Shown: in pieces, positions 1-12,565 of the stretch
Numbering within the stretch: the stretch's first letter is position 1
How the letters are laid out: each line of letters opens with the position of its first letter
Source: Eledone cirrhosa
Taxonomy: Eukaryota
Direction: 5' to 3'
DNA length: 64,000 nucleotides
Assembly (NCBI GenBank): GCA_964016885.1
Contig: OZ024741.1
Span: forward strand, 204,848,001 to 204,912,000
The notes under the pieces: model-generated
Told to the model about the DNA's origin: nothing
The model's input: the letters and a program-made list of their open reading frames with translations, nothing else
Database searches by the model: none
Program-made: the position numbers and the translations under genes

Positions 1-1076
1 CATACGTTTACTCCTAAATAGGTACACACTACATTTTTCTAATAGCGACATTAAAACGACAACACTCATACAAGCAGTCCATTACAGGTACCCAAGACAA
101 ACATAGGTCCACTACATTGCATAATCAATATTAATTACCCACTCCACCTACCCCACTATAAATACATGAAATATAATCACCACCACCCACGAACAACTGC
201 TCACACACACGCAGCAGTTGGGCGGCATAAACAAACTTACATACAAGCTCAATAAGTAACTTATATAGACATATGTACACACACCACCTACACACATAGA
301 CTTTTCGACCTTGTAGTACTAGAACTCATTGAAATTTACAATATCAAAATAAAATAAAAATGTTTTAATCCACCTGTAATTTAAGTATTTTAAGTGTTTA
401 GCACCATAAACAGTAACAACTACAAAAAAATTATATTTTACAAACACTAACATACATACTGATATATATCAAGTGCCATATACATGCATATTCACAGCCA
501 TAACCCCTCCCCCACTTTTAACTCCGTAGTACCACGAAATGTAGATATTTTGATCTAATCAAATGTTTACTTCTAACCATAATCTAAGTGTTGTGTTACC
601 TTAATTACCAGTAAATAAACTCGAACTTATAAATCCTCTAGCAATTACAAAAACAATACCAACTAGATGTTCCTTGATTTTTCAGATATCCTTTTGTTGA
701 CAGATATGTTTAATTAGTCAATCAGTGAAATGGACAATTCTTTGAATAGGGTGACCTATTGGTGGTTCTGATGCCAATTTCATAGTTCTGTTGCCTGAAG
801 GTTGTGATAATCAAGCCTGCTGGCAGACATACACACACCCTCAAATATTTTCGATAAATATAATTCTACCTCCTCTTAATGATTATTCTATGTCAAGTTG
901 AACAGGCAGATACACTCGGATATGCACATAGATGCACACATACGTGTACACACTCACTAAGTTACATATCTACACACACACAACCACTCCCCAAACATAA
1001 AAAAAAATGTTAAATGCTTCTATGAGGAAAATTTACAATGTGATGAATAATGAATACGCTTATATGAACAAATCAT

Positions 1077-1166
1077 GCCCCTGATGATACAGCCAGTAGA
1101 TCATGAAGCCCTACAGCAAACAGTCTGGGACTAGTTGTTGAAATGGCAAGAGCTCAGCTGTCAGGT
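1077..1166 (+). ncRNA. Decayed type I hammerhead ribozyme motif (Penelope-like)
   Basis: CTGATGA 1081-1087; stem II ACAGCCAGT/ACTAGTTGT; GAAA 1140-1143; stem III ATGGC/GCTGT; GTC triplet 1160-1162; weak stem I. Confidence 0.5.
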
Positions 1167-1178
1167 CCTGACACTTTA

Positions 1179-1222
<44 letters not shown>

Positions 1223-1353
1223 CAGCTGAGAGAAAAGAGTACTGAGTACTGAAGTGGAGTTTTAATATTCATTTTATTAAGGCTAAATAGTGTAAGTCTT
1301 GTTACTCTGTGGAGTTTCACCTGTTTATCATACACGCACGCGCACACACACAC

Positions 1354-1369
<16 letters not shown>

Positions 1370-1384
<15 letters not shown>

Positions 1385-1887
1385 ATCAAAATGTTGGAAG
1401 ATTAACCCTTTAGCATTTAAACCGGCCATATCCAGCCAGAATTCTCTCTCTTCTTCTGTTCAAACCAGCTTAAACGACCGCTCATACTGATGTTGTTAAG
1501 GTATTGTTCTCAAATTAAATAATATTAAAATCTCAGATTCGATATTATGTGAGATAAAGTCTTTACCATGAAAATATAATAGTAAATGTAAAGTAATTTA
1601 AATGCTAAAGGGTTAAGGGTTTCTATACAATGTTATTGTCGCTAATATTGCAAATAGAAAATTAGACATGAAAAAACTTTTGAGAAGTTTTTCTAACCAA
1701 GACTGGTCAAGTACAAAAGAACAAAACTATTTCCTTTTGATGTGAAAAACATTTTTGTTGTTGTTGTGTACTATAGATGTAACATATAACATATTAAATA
1801 AAAACACATTAGGTGGTTCTTTTCAAATTTTTTATATTTTTCCTATAAAACATGATTTGTATAGAAACCCTTAATCTTCCAACATTT

Positions 1888-1985
<98 letters not shown>
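1370..1985. mobile_element. Foldback/MITE-like element with (GA)n/(TC)n ends, interrupted by a TTAA MITE
   Basis: AAAATGTTGGAAGATTAA[insert]GGGTTTCTATACAA mirrors TTGTATAGAAACCCTTAATCTTCCAACATTTT at about 1858-1888. Confidence 0.7.
1406..1612. mobile_element. piggyBac-like MITE, family A (about 210 bp)
   Basis: TIR CCCTTTAGCATTTA...AAATGCTAAAGGG with TTAA on both sides. Other copies at about 14086, 16726, 19596, 42302, 43141, 60180, 62038 and 62470. Confidence 0.85.
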
Positions 1986-1986
<1 letters not shown>

Positions 1987-2062
1987 AGGCCCTTTCCACC
2001 AATGCTAACAGGGAAAGCAGACGTTAAATGACAATGTTGATGTGTGTGTGTATGTATGTATA

Positions 2063-4890
2063 TATAGTTCGAGTTAGTAATCGAATAATTAAGCTTAGAT
2101 TAGTTGTAGGTAGGAGACTACTGACAATCATCTCGGTCTATGCTCCCCAAGCAGGCCTAGGCAAAGATGAGAAAGACTGCTTTTATGAGCAACTTTTGCA
2201 AACAACCACAATGACAGAGGACGGAGACATCGTTATGCTAGCAGGAAAACTTCAATGGTCATGTTGGACAGCTCCAGGATGGTTACACTGGGGTACATGG
2301 TGGGCACGGTTACGGTTCAAGAAATGAAGAAGGAGTGAGACTTCTTGAATTTTGTGATGCGACTACATTGACTATTTGCAACACAAACTTCCAGAAACCT
2401 GCCAATCACCTAATAACCTACAAATCTGGTGAGCACATAAGCCAGATTGACTTCTTGCTAGTTAGGCAGCGGGACAGGCAGATAGTGTCTAATACCAAGG
2501 CATACCCTGGGGAAGAATGTACCCCACAGCATAGGTTAGTTGTTAGTGATATCTCAGTAAGCAAGAGATGGAATGAGACATATAGGAAGGTGTGGAGAAG
2601 AAAGGTCTGGAAGCTAAAAGACCTTTCACTAAAATACAAATTTAGGAAAGCCCTTCAAGATGTATATGACGAAAAAGAAGACGATTTAGAGACGTATGAC
2701 ATAGATAATAACTGGAATTTCTTACGTGACAACTTGCTGCAGGCTACTGATGAAACCTGTGGCTGGAGCAGAGCTCCAACCAGACAGAGAGTGACCTGGT
2801 GGTGGAACAGCACAGTAGATAAGGCTATTAGAGACAAAAGACTAGCATGGAAGGCTTGGAAAAAGGGTGGGAGTAGGGAAGAATATACAGCCACTAAGAG
2901 AGAAGCTAGACGTCAGGTGTACTTAGCACGCAGGGAGGCTGAGAGTAGGAGGTTTGCCAATGTTCTGCGACGGCAAGATCAGAGGCGTGCGGTGTTCCAC
3001 ATTGCAAGGCAGTGTGTCAATGCAAATCAGGATGTTGTTGGAGATAAATGTGTCCGGGATGATGCCGGTGTACTTAGTGTCACGAATGATCAGAAAAAGG
3101 AGGCCTGGAAATGTCATTATGAGAGACTGATGAATGTGGAGAACGAATGGGAGAGAGAGAAATTAACCTTGGTAGATCCGACAGAGGAACCAGCTATTGA
3201 GATTGGCGAATATAGGGTCCAAGAGGCGATTAGGGAAATGAAAAATGGTAAGGCGGCCGGACCATCGGGAATAGTTGCTGAGATGCTGAAGGCATCAGGG
3301 GACGTAGGCACTAAACTGGTTGCACGCATCATCAATCAGGCTATATATGGTGGTGTCATACACAAAGACTGGTGCAGCAGTATTCTCATAAATTGCTACA
3401 AAGGTAAAGGGGATGCTTTGGAGAGGAGCAATTATAGGGGTATAAAACTGATAGATCAGGTTATGAAAGTGGCAGAAAGGATTTTAGCACAACTAATTAG
3501 AGAAAGGGTCAAACTAGATGAGATGCAGTTTGGTTTTGTGCCTGGGAAGAGTACAACAGATGCCCTCTTCTTGGTGAGACAAATGCAAGAGAGGTTCTTA
3601 GAGAAGAATAAGCCACTATACTTAGCCTTTGTTGACCTAGAGAAGGCCTTTGATAGGGTACCCCGATCTGTCATCTGGTGGTTCCTAAGGAAGCTAGGTG
3701 TTGAGGAATGGCTTGTGAGGACAGTGCAAACTTTGTACAGAGGTACTCTCAGTAAAGTCAGGGTAGGAATGGAGTTTAGTGAAGAATTCCAGTTATAAGT
3801 AGGAGTACATCAGGGCTCGGTCCTCAGCCCGCTCTTGTTCATTATAGTCCTCAAAGCCATAACAGAGGAGTTTAAGACTGGCTGTCCATGGGAACTTCTC
3901 TATGCTGACGATCTGGTTCTTATAGCAGAATCAATAGAGGAGCTAGAGAATAAATTCTGGCTATGGAAACAGCAGTTGGAAGCAAGAGGACTGAGAGTGA
4001 ATCTAGCTAAGACAAAAGTGTTGATGAGTAGAAAAGAGGACAACCTTGATTCCGTCAGGGAAATGGCCATGTTCGATATGCAGAAAAGGAACTGGCATAA
4101 ATTCTATAAAATGCACACAATGCAGATCCTGGGTACACAAGAGATGTAGCGGGATAACAGGCAAACTAACAGGTAGGGAGAAATATGTATGCAGTAGATG
4201 TACAGGGAAATTAGACAGTAGAAGTCACAGTGATAGACACATTTTTCAAATGCAAGAGGGCGCTATAGAAGTGGTGGATAGCTTCCGGTACCTAGGAGAT
4301 CAGATTAGCATGGGAGGAGGGTGTTCCGAGGCCATAGTATCTAGAATAAGGACGGGTTGGAAGAAGTTTAGGGAGCTGCTTCCTCTGTTGACGAAGAAGG
4401 GTTTCTCCCTGCGTACGAAAGGCCGGTTGTATGATGCCTGTGTGAGGAGCGCGATGCTGCATGGTAGTGAGACATGGGCAGCAACTGCAGAGGATATGCG
4501 ACGGCTGGAGAGAAATGAGGCAAGCATGCTCCGTTGGATGTGCAGTGTAAATGTGCGTGAACGACCCAGCATAAATGTGTTGAGAGAGAATCTGTGTCTG
4601 AGAGGGATAGAATGTAGTGTACGGGAGAGGAGACTGAGGTGGTATGGACATGTGATGCGCATGGAGGATGACCGATGGGTGAAGAAGTGCCAGGAAATGC
4701 CAGTTGAAGGAAGACGTGGTAGAGGTAGACCACGAAAAACATGGGCGGAGGTGGTGAGAACAGACCTCAGATCATTGAAGCTCACGGTGGAGATGACGAG
4801 GGACCGTGACGAGTGGAGAGATGCTGTGCTGAATAAGACCCGTCCCACCCTTGCAAGCAGGGAGAAAAGCGGACGTAAAATGATGATGAT
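2063..4890 (+). mobile_element. RTE-clade LINE, family A, 5'-truncated and disabled (APE + RT + PHD-like finger)
   Basis: ORFs 2028..2327, 2335..3798, 3835..4149 and 4046..4996 carry APE motifs (SQIDFLL, PQHRLV), FVDLEKAFD, HQGSVLSP and YADD. Two frameshifts and one TAA (3796-3798); (GAT)n tail; TA-repeat flanks. Confidence 0.95.
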
Positions 4891-4943
4891 ATATATATAT
4901 CATTTCATTTTCATTTTACGTCCGCTTTTTCCCTGCTTGCAAG

Positions 4944-4976
<33 letters not shown>

Positions 4977-5032
4977 TCATCATCATCATCGTTTAACGTC
5001 TATCTTCCACACTAGCATGGGTTTAGATATAT

Positions 5033-6862
5033 ATGACACCAGACTCTATTACAACCATGGAATTTACACCTGCACTGCTGCGACATCACCTAAAAAATAA
5101 ACACAACCATGCCTCTCCTGGTCTTGATGGTGTTACGTACCTGCTTCTTAAACGTGGTGGGTACTTCCTTCTGCACCAGCTAGTGGAAAACTGCCAGTGT
5201 CATTTCTCTGTTCAAAAAGGGTGACCGTACATCACCTGTGAACTATCGTCCAGTCAGTCTTACTAGTTGCATTGCTAAACTGATGGAATCCTGTGTCAGA
5301 GAAACACTTTGGAACTTCTGGAACTCTCACAGTCTTATCCGGCCCTTGCAATTTGGATTTATTCCCAACTCCAGCTGCTGTGATCAACTTATCGAGTTTC
5401 TTGAAGACATCACCTGGATCACTGATGGCGGCTCATAGGTGGATGTTGTTTACCTTGACCATGCGAAAGCTTTCAATTCTGTGCCACACAAAAGGCTTAT
5501 GACAAAACTCTCTGCAATGGGTGTGAAGGATGATCTTTTTAACTGGTTGAAGTCCTTCATTCTCAGTCGAAGAGAGGTAGTCACGGTTCTGGGACAGCAT
5601 TCCTCACCATATGAGATGTCATCTGGTGTACCACAGGGATCTGTTCTTAGCCTCCTTTTGTTTGTGGCATATATTAATGACATAGATGCCAACTTAAAGA
5701 ATGTCACAGTACTAAAGTACGCAGATGACATCAAGCTGTACCTTGAGATAAAAAGGACAGATCCTGAACACTATAGATCTTGCTTGCAGTCTGACCTGGA
5801 CACAATGCAACAATGGATCTCAGACTGGCAACTCAAGCTAGCTGTGGACAAGTGCACCACCATGCATTTTGGGAGTAAAAACCCAGCGTCCACATACTCA
5901 CTCCACAGCACTAATATCAAGAAGTCTTCTTGTGAACGTGACTTGGGCATTACAGTCAGCAGCAATTTGCATTGGACGAAGCACGTCTCTAAAATTGTCA
6001 AGAGGGCCGAGGGTGTCTTAGCATCACTCAGCAAGACCTTTGTCAGCCGCTCTCCAGCTATCTATTTAAGGCTGTACATGGCTATGGTGCAGCCACACTT
6101 AGAATTTGCATCACCAGTCTGGAACCCCTATCTTGCTCAGACCATTGACCACCTGGAAACTGTTCAGAGACGTGCAACCAAGCGAATACCCTTCATCAGG
6201 CATCTACGATACTCTGAACGCCTTGCTTCCCTGGGCATGGATACATTGAAGCTCCGACGCCTGGCAACTGACTTGGTAAACACCCACAAAATTATTAACC
6301 ATCTTGCCAACAACAACCCTGAGTACCTTTTTGATTTCCATGTGTCTAACACATGTGGGCATGCCAACAAAGTCAGAAAACAGCACAGTTCCCATGACTT
6401 TCGGAAACATTTTTTCACGCTCAGAGTTGCTGAAGCATGGAACAAACTACCTGCATCAGTTGTTAGCTGTCGAGACACTGCATCCTTTAAAAAACCTCCA
6501 TGCTTCTCGAGATTTGCCAAACTACACCTAATGTTCCCCCTCCATACACATACACACATGTATATCATGACTCATACACTATTCACTTCCCTGACATTTG
6601 TATATTATTCTATGTACTAGGCGGTGGATTGGCAGTATCGATAGAGGGTCGGACGCCATGCTTTCCAGCATAGTTACGTCCCTTTACGATCTGAGTTCAA
6701 ATCCTGCCGAGGTTGACTTTGATGAAAGCATCCTTACGGGGTCGATAAAATAAAGTACCAGTAATGCTGGCCTTGTGCCTAAAGTAGAAACAATTATTCT
6801 ATGTACTATACATGCACATTTGACGAGTTGTAGTGCACCTGAGCACTTTACACAATAATTTC

Positions 6863-6888
<26 letters not shown>
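5033..6888 (+). mobile_element. CR1-like LINE, 5'-truncated
   Basis: NYRPVSLTS, YLDHAKAFNSV, GVPQGSVL, YADDIKL, VWNPY and FFTLRVAEAWNKLP motifs; 3' UTR ending GTGCACCTGAGCAC...(ATT)n. Confidence 0.92.
6620..6792 (+). mobile_element. tRNA-derived SINE (MetaSINE-like core) inserted in the CR1 3' UTR
   Basis: GAGTTCAAATCC B box; core CATCCTTACGGGGTCGATAAAATAAAGTACCAG; 16-bp TSD ATTATTCTATGTACTA at 6604-6619 and 6793-6808. Roughly 15 further copies or fragments in the window. Confidence 0.88.
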
Positions 6889-6903
<15 letters not shown>

Positions 6904-6904
6904 T

Positions 6905-8803
6905 ATGGGGGTTGTTCCGAAGGACTGGCATAGCAGCATCATCGTTAACTGTTATAAGGGTAAAGGAGACGCCCTAGATAGGAGTAACTATAGAGGCATT
7001 AAATTAATCGACCAGGTCATGAAGGTCACGGAAAAAGTAATAGCGCAACTAATCAGAGAGAGAATTGACCTAGATGAAATGCAGTTCGGGTTTGTGTCAG
7101 GCAAAAGTACCACAGACGCTCTTTTCATAGTACGTCAACTACAGGAGAAGTACCTAGCTAAAGGTAAACCCCTCTACTTAGCTTTTGTCGACTTGGAGAA
7201 AGCCTTCGACAGAGTCGCCCGCTCCATTATCTGGTGGGCTCTTAGAAAACTAGGCGTTGACGAATGGCTTGTGAGGGCTATACAAGCCATGTATAAAGAA
7301 ACAGTCAGCAAGGTTAGAATTAACAACGAATATAGTGAAGAGTTTAGCGTAAAAGTTGGCGTCCATCAGGGCTCTGTTCTCAGCCCACTACTATTTATTA
7401 TTGCCCTTCAGGCTATAACAGAGGAGTTCAAGACAGGCTGCCCATGGGAACTCCTATACGCAGACGACCTGACACTCATAGCGGAATCAATGGCCGAGCT
7501 AGAGAAGAAATTCCAAACATGGAAGCACGGCCTAGAGTCAAAAGGACTTAAAATTAACCTGGCTAAGACCAAAGTACTAGTTTGTAGGAAAGAAAACAAG
7601 GCGGCGGTCCCTTCTGGGAAATGGTCGTGCTCGGTGTGTAGGAAAGGCGTAGGTAGAAACTCCATTTTATGTCCTAAATGCAAAGTATGGGTGCATAAAA
7701 GATGTAGTGGGATCACAGGTAAGCTAACTAAGAACATAGATTTTACATGTGGCCGGTGCTCTGGTGCAATAAGTAGCAGCAAGTGCCCACAAAATACTAG
7801 CTCTTTCAATTGCGCAGAGGGTTCTATAGAAATAGTGGACAGCTTCCGTTACCTGGGCGATAAAATCAGCAGTGGGGGAGGGTGCTCTGAAAGTACTGTA
7901 GCTAGAGTCAGAACTGGTTGGAAAAAGTTCAGAGAGCTTATACCACTATTAGCTGCTAAAGGGTTCTCACTAAAAATGAAAGGCAGGTTGTACGATGCCT
8001 GCATACGAACAGCAATGCTGCATGGCAGTGAGACCTGGGCATTGTGTGCAGAGGATATACGCAGACTAGAGAGGAACGAAGCTTGCATGCTCCGCTGGAT
8101 GTGTAACAGTAATATACGTGAACGGCAAAGCATAAACGAACTAAGGAAAAAATTAGAGATAAGAGGGATCAGATGTTGTTTACTCGAGAGAAGGCTATGT
8201 TGGTATGGACACGTGATGCGCATGAAAGTCGATAGCTGTATAACAAAGTGCAGGGCAATAAAGATAGACGGTAGTCACGGAATAGGCAGACCTAGAAAAA
8301 CCTGGGACGAGCTGATAAACTCCGACATCACACACTTACACCTCTCCAAGACAATGTCACTGGACCGAGACCTTTGGCGGTACTCAGTAACAGAGAAGAC
8401 CCGCCTTACCTAAATATATAGTAAAACCTACTCCAGCCAGTAGGCATCTCTAACAAAATACACCCCGTCCCACCACCACCACCCCCACCCCATCCACACC
8501 ACCCCGTTCTATGTAAAGTTATGTTGGTGCCGCGCCATCGAGGCCGAAACAAATGAGATCGTGTAGGTGTCACGACAAAAAAAACACACAGTCCACGCTG
8601 TAATGTGGCCGTGTAGGCAACACGGTAAAAACCTCCCAGACCCACACTGTAAATGTGGTTGGTGTTAGGAAGGGCATCCAACTGTAGAAAACCTGCCAGA
8701 CAGTCCTATGCGAGCAAGACAATCACTCTTGCCTCAAGTGGGACTACCCCCGTCCAAACCCATGCAAGCGTGGAACACGGACGTTAAACGTTGATGATGA
8801 TGA
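6905..8803 (+). mobile_element. RTE-clade LINE, family B, 5'-truncated with uninterrupted RT-to-stop frame
   Basis: ORF 6833..8413 (RT, PHD-like finger, RWYGHVMRM-type motif, GRPRKTW); about 390-bp 3' UTR with (GAT)n tail; (TA)n on both sides. Confidence 0.95.
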
Positions 8804-9024
8804 TATATATATATATATATATATAATAGAGGTATCCATTTTTTTTATAGTGGATGTGTGTAACAAAAAGAAAGAAGCAATTCACCAGTTAGTTGTGCTC
8901 AACTCTACTGTATAAATAAATGTTTCTTTGAACTTCAACAAATGTGACCTAGTTTTCCTGATATCCTGTTTATATATTGTATATATAATAGTAATAATAT
9001 TTTAAAAGGATTGACAAAGGTAAA

Positions 9025-9260
9025 TAGACAATACGAAGAGCGCGATGTGATTGCAATAGATTTATTGAATGATATTTCGACAGTTAGTCTGTCCTTGTGA
9101 GTTCAGAATGAAAGATGATAAAAATTTAAAATTATATAAATTCAAATCCAAAATATGAATTTTTATCACTTTTCATTCTGAACTCGACAAAGACAGACTA
9201 ACTGTCGAAATATTGTTCAATAAATCTATTGCAATCGCATTGCGCTCTTTATATTGTCTA
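9025..9260. repeat. Inverted repeat (about 100-bp arms) carrying variant hammerhead motifs; Penelope-like derivative
   Basis: Arms 9025-9126 and 9158-9260 are reverse complements with mostly CpG-type differences; motif at 9179-9219. Confidence 0.75.
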
Positions 9261-9966
9261 ATAATAATAATGATAATTGGTATAAATCGAAGTTGTAGAC
9301 GCAGTAGAGCAGATACCACTCAAATTGTTTGAGGCAGTCACAAAGCACTCAATGTTGTGAAAATTTAATACATTTTCATCCAGAGAAAACACAAAGTTAA
9401 GAAAGTGTGACACCATGAAAAAACAACCAATTGTATGTGGCCATAGTTGATAACTACAACTACATGTTAATTTTCCTAAGTTTACTAATCTGTGATGTGC
9501 ATGTTTTCTCTTCTTCCCCCAATAATTTCAATGATTTACATTTAACACAATGTTTTAGTTTTTCTCTTTCTTCTTGTTGCCTTTTTTCCCTTCCTTTCTG
9601 CTTTTTGTTTCATGAGACTCTTGTGCTATAAAATACAATACCTTTTCCCTGACGTCACATAAATTCTATGTATACATGTTATCGCTTAATTGCTATAAAT
9701 TATTGTTTTGTCTTGTCTTTTACTCCATGGATAGCATTTTGTCAGATAGCTTGTGTCAGATGTTGTGACCTCAGTTGGACCAGCAGTACCGTTGGTAGCG
9801 GTCGAATCTGCCAATGTCCATCTCAATGGCCAATGTCCCTGGAGTTCTGTCTTTTGTTTATATTTTTGTTTTTTAAAAATAATTTTTTAAGATTTCCCCT
9901 TCAAAAAATTGTTTTTCGTTTTGCCTTGATTTTGTTTGTTGTCTCATATTCTCTTTGTTAACTTTG

Positions 9967-10026
<60 letters not shown>

Positions 10027-10095
10027 ATAATAATAAAATTTGCTTAAACTTTAATCTGTTATTTTAATAAATATATATATATATATATATATATG

Positions 10096-10817
10096 GATGT
10101 GTAATAGTAATATACCTGAACGGCAAAACATAAATGAACTAAGTGAGAAATTAGGAATAAGAGGGATCAGATGCTGTTTACTTGAGAGAAGGCTACGTTG
10201 GTATAGTCATGTGATGCACATGAAAGACGACAGCTGTATAAAAAAGTGCAGGGTGATCAAAATTGATGGAAGTTACGGAGTAGGTAGACCCAGAAAAACC
10301 TGGGACGATTTGATAAATTCCGACCTCACACACTTGCACCTCTCTAAGACAATGTCACTGGACCGAGATCTTTGACACCATGCAGTAATACAGAAGACTC
10401 GCTTTGTCTATGTACAAAGCGAAACCAACAGTCAATAGGCACCTCTTAACCAAATATACACCCCAATCCACTACCCCTACTCCATCCTCCCACTCCCACC
10501 AACACCACCCTTTCTCTGTAAAGTTGGTACCACAACATCAAGTCCAAACTAATGAGATCGAGATCGTGTAGGTGTCACGACAAAAAGAACACACAGTCCA
10601 CGCAGTAATATGGCCGTGTAGGTAACACGGTAAAAAGTTCCCAGTCCACACTGTAAATGTGGTTGGTATTAGGAAGGCAGCCAGCTGTAGAAAACCTGCC
10701 AGGTAGTCCTATATGAGCGAGACACGGTCACCCGACCAACATTGCCTCAAATTGGGACAACTCCTGTCTAACCCATGCTAGCGTGGAAGATGGACGTTAA
10801 ACGATGATGATGATAAT
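10096..10817 (+). mobile_element. RTE family B 3' fragment
   Basis: ORF 10097..10375 closely matches the end of ORF 6833..8413; same 3' UTR and tail; preceded by (TA)n. Confidence 0.9.
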
Positions 10818-11954
10818 GGAAAAAATTATGATGAATTTACTAAATATTGTTCCAATTTATGGGATTGTGAAGGAAGGAAATCTATAGGCTAAAATCTTAC
10901 GATGGTATGATAACCCTTGAAGTAGAATGTCCAGCAAGTGACAATTCAACAGCCTTTTGTTAGTAGTAATATTTTGGTATTGGTACTGGGAGTAGAGCAG
11001 GGGTGTCTAACCTTTTTGATACCAACCCATCTGAAACCACACTAGTTTTATGATACACAACTGCTTATTTCAAAAATGTTCATATTTATATTAAAATGTT
11101 CCATCATAGTTTTATTTAAGAGATTTTTGTGAGGTAATGTTTCAAACATCAGCTTTTTTATAAAAAAAATTATCTTATGAAATTCTTCAAATTTTCAAAA
11201 TCAATTGATGTACATAGGCTAGAGTAAAAAGTGAACGATAGAAGTTTAGAAAACTGTTAATTTTCAATACTAAGATGCAGACAAGGCTATGTGATTAGAG
11301 CAAATGTCTTGCAGCAATGTAGTTCTGGGTTCAATTTGACTGCATGCTAAAAGTGGTATGTGGTTAAATCGAATTAGTATGAAATAAAAAAAGCATTGCC
11401 CACAGTCTTTGTCCTTCATATAAATTCTATAAGCAAAATGTGGATACAATATTCAACCGTGAGTTTATATTCTTTGCAAGTTTTTCATGGTGTCTCTAGG
11501 CAATAAACTTATTTACTATGTACCTCACATTTTCACCTAGCTGGGCATATTTGATGCTAAATGTTCTAGGAAAGTTACCTGCTTGGATTCCTCTCTAGTG
11601 TCACATTAATATCTCATCTGCTTGACACCACAGAGTTTGTAGCTTAGTATTGATGTTATGAGCAAACTTTCTTGAAGAAATCTATCTTTACTCTTTCAAT
11701 AGTTGCTATAACAATGACAATAGTTAGATAATAGTTTGTTTTTATCAAGTCTCAGCATGTGTCCTTTATTTATCTGAAATTTATTATTATTATTATTCTG
11801 AAATTACTATTTCTTCCACATACCTTTTTTCTTTTGCTTGGAAGTCAGCAAACTTCCAGTTTCATGCATAATGCTTTTGGATTTATGCTTTTTTTTATCA
11901 TTAGAGAACAAAATTTATTATATTGAGTAAAAGGAAAAAAGATAATTTTAATTA

Positions 11955-12279
11955 CTAGAATTTTTTTTACATGTGTATAAGTGTGTGCATGTGTGTACAT
12001 GCATATGCATACATTTATATGTATGAGTATATAAATATAAACGTGCAAACACAGACACACTTACAAAAATACCCACTCAGACATACATTCACACAAACAC
12101 ACACGCATACATTTACACAAACACACACACACAGAGTAGCTTGTTCACCATCCCCTTCCTTCCTTTTATACACATACATTCACGCAGGCAGCAGGCGTAA
12201 AGAGAGAGGAGTAGTATGAGGTATTCAAACTACCCTCTTTTTACGTGTTGTGACTGAATCACAGAAATTTATATATAGA
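11955..12279 (-). mobile_element. Non-autonomous Helitron-like element
   Basis: Minus strand reads A|TCTATATATAAAT...CTAG|T (TC...CTAG between A and T, no TSD). Confidence 0.5.
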
Positions 12280-12461
12280 TGGATACATTAAATTTTTTAT
12301 TTTGATATAATTTAATGAAACAAAAACAATTATTTAGTTGCAAAATTCATTAGCTCAAATATCACACTATTTTTGTATGTTTGTTTCTCTTATTGTTTCT
12401 CTCTAACTCTCTCATGTTCGTAACTAAAAATACTCTTATTTTTTTAAATTTTTTTATTTAG

Positions 12462-12514
12462 ATCTATATCTAAGGAATCTGTTACCATACTTGATGCAAT
12501 GAACTATATTAAAG
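12462..12514 (+). CDS. KTI12: KTI12 coding exon (SISKESVTILDAMNYIKG)
   Basis: T-rich tract + TAG acceptor, donor GTAAAT; 53 nt; phase fits the next exon. Confidence 0.92.
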
Positions 12515-12565
12515 GTAAATAACAAGTTTCTTTTGAGCCCCTGTTGAAATGTAAAATAAAATAGT

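Noticed and set aside
792-855. Second hammerhead-like motif near the window start
   Set aside because: The core lacks A9 and G12 as it stands; at best a dead remnant.
4292-4848. Several long minus-strand ORFs over the LINEs (also 7408-8223, 53919-54365)
   Set aside because: Antisense shadows of RTE coding sequence with no independent protein motifs.
9754-9813. Structured GC-rich motif resembling the 3' half of an HDV-like ribozyme (GG, P4-like stem, C-GAA, P2-like pairing)
   Set aside because: No convincing P1, and the space for P3/L3 is too short; not supportable without a covariance search.
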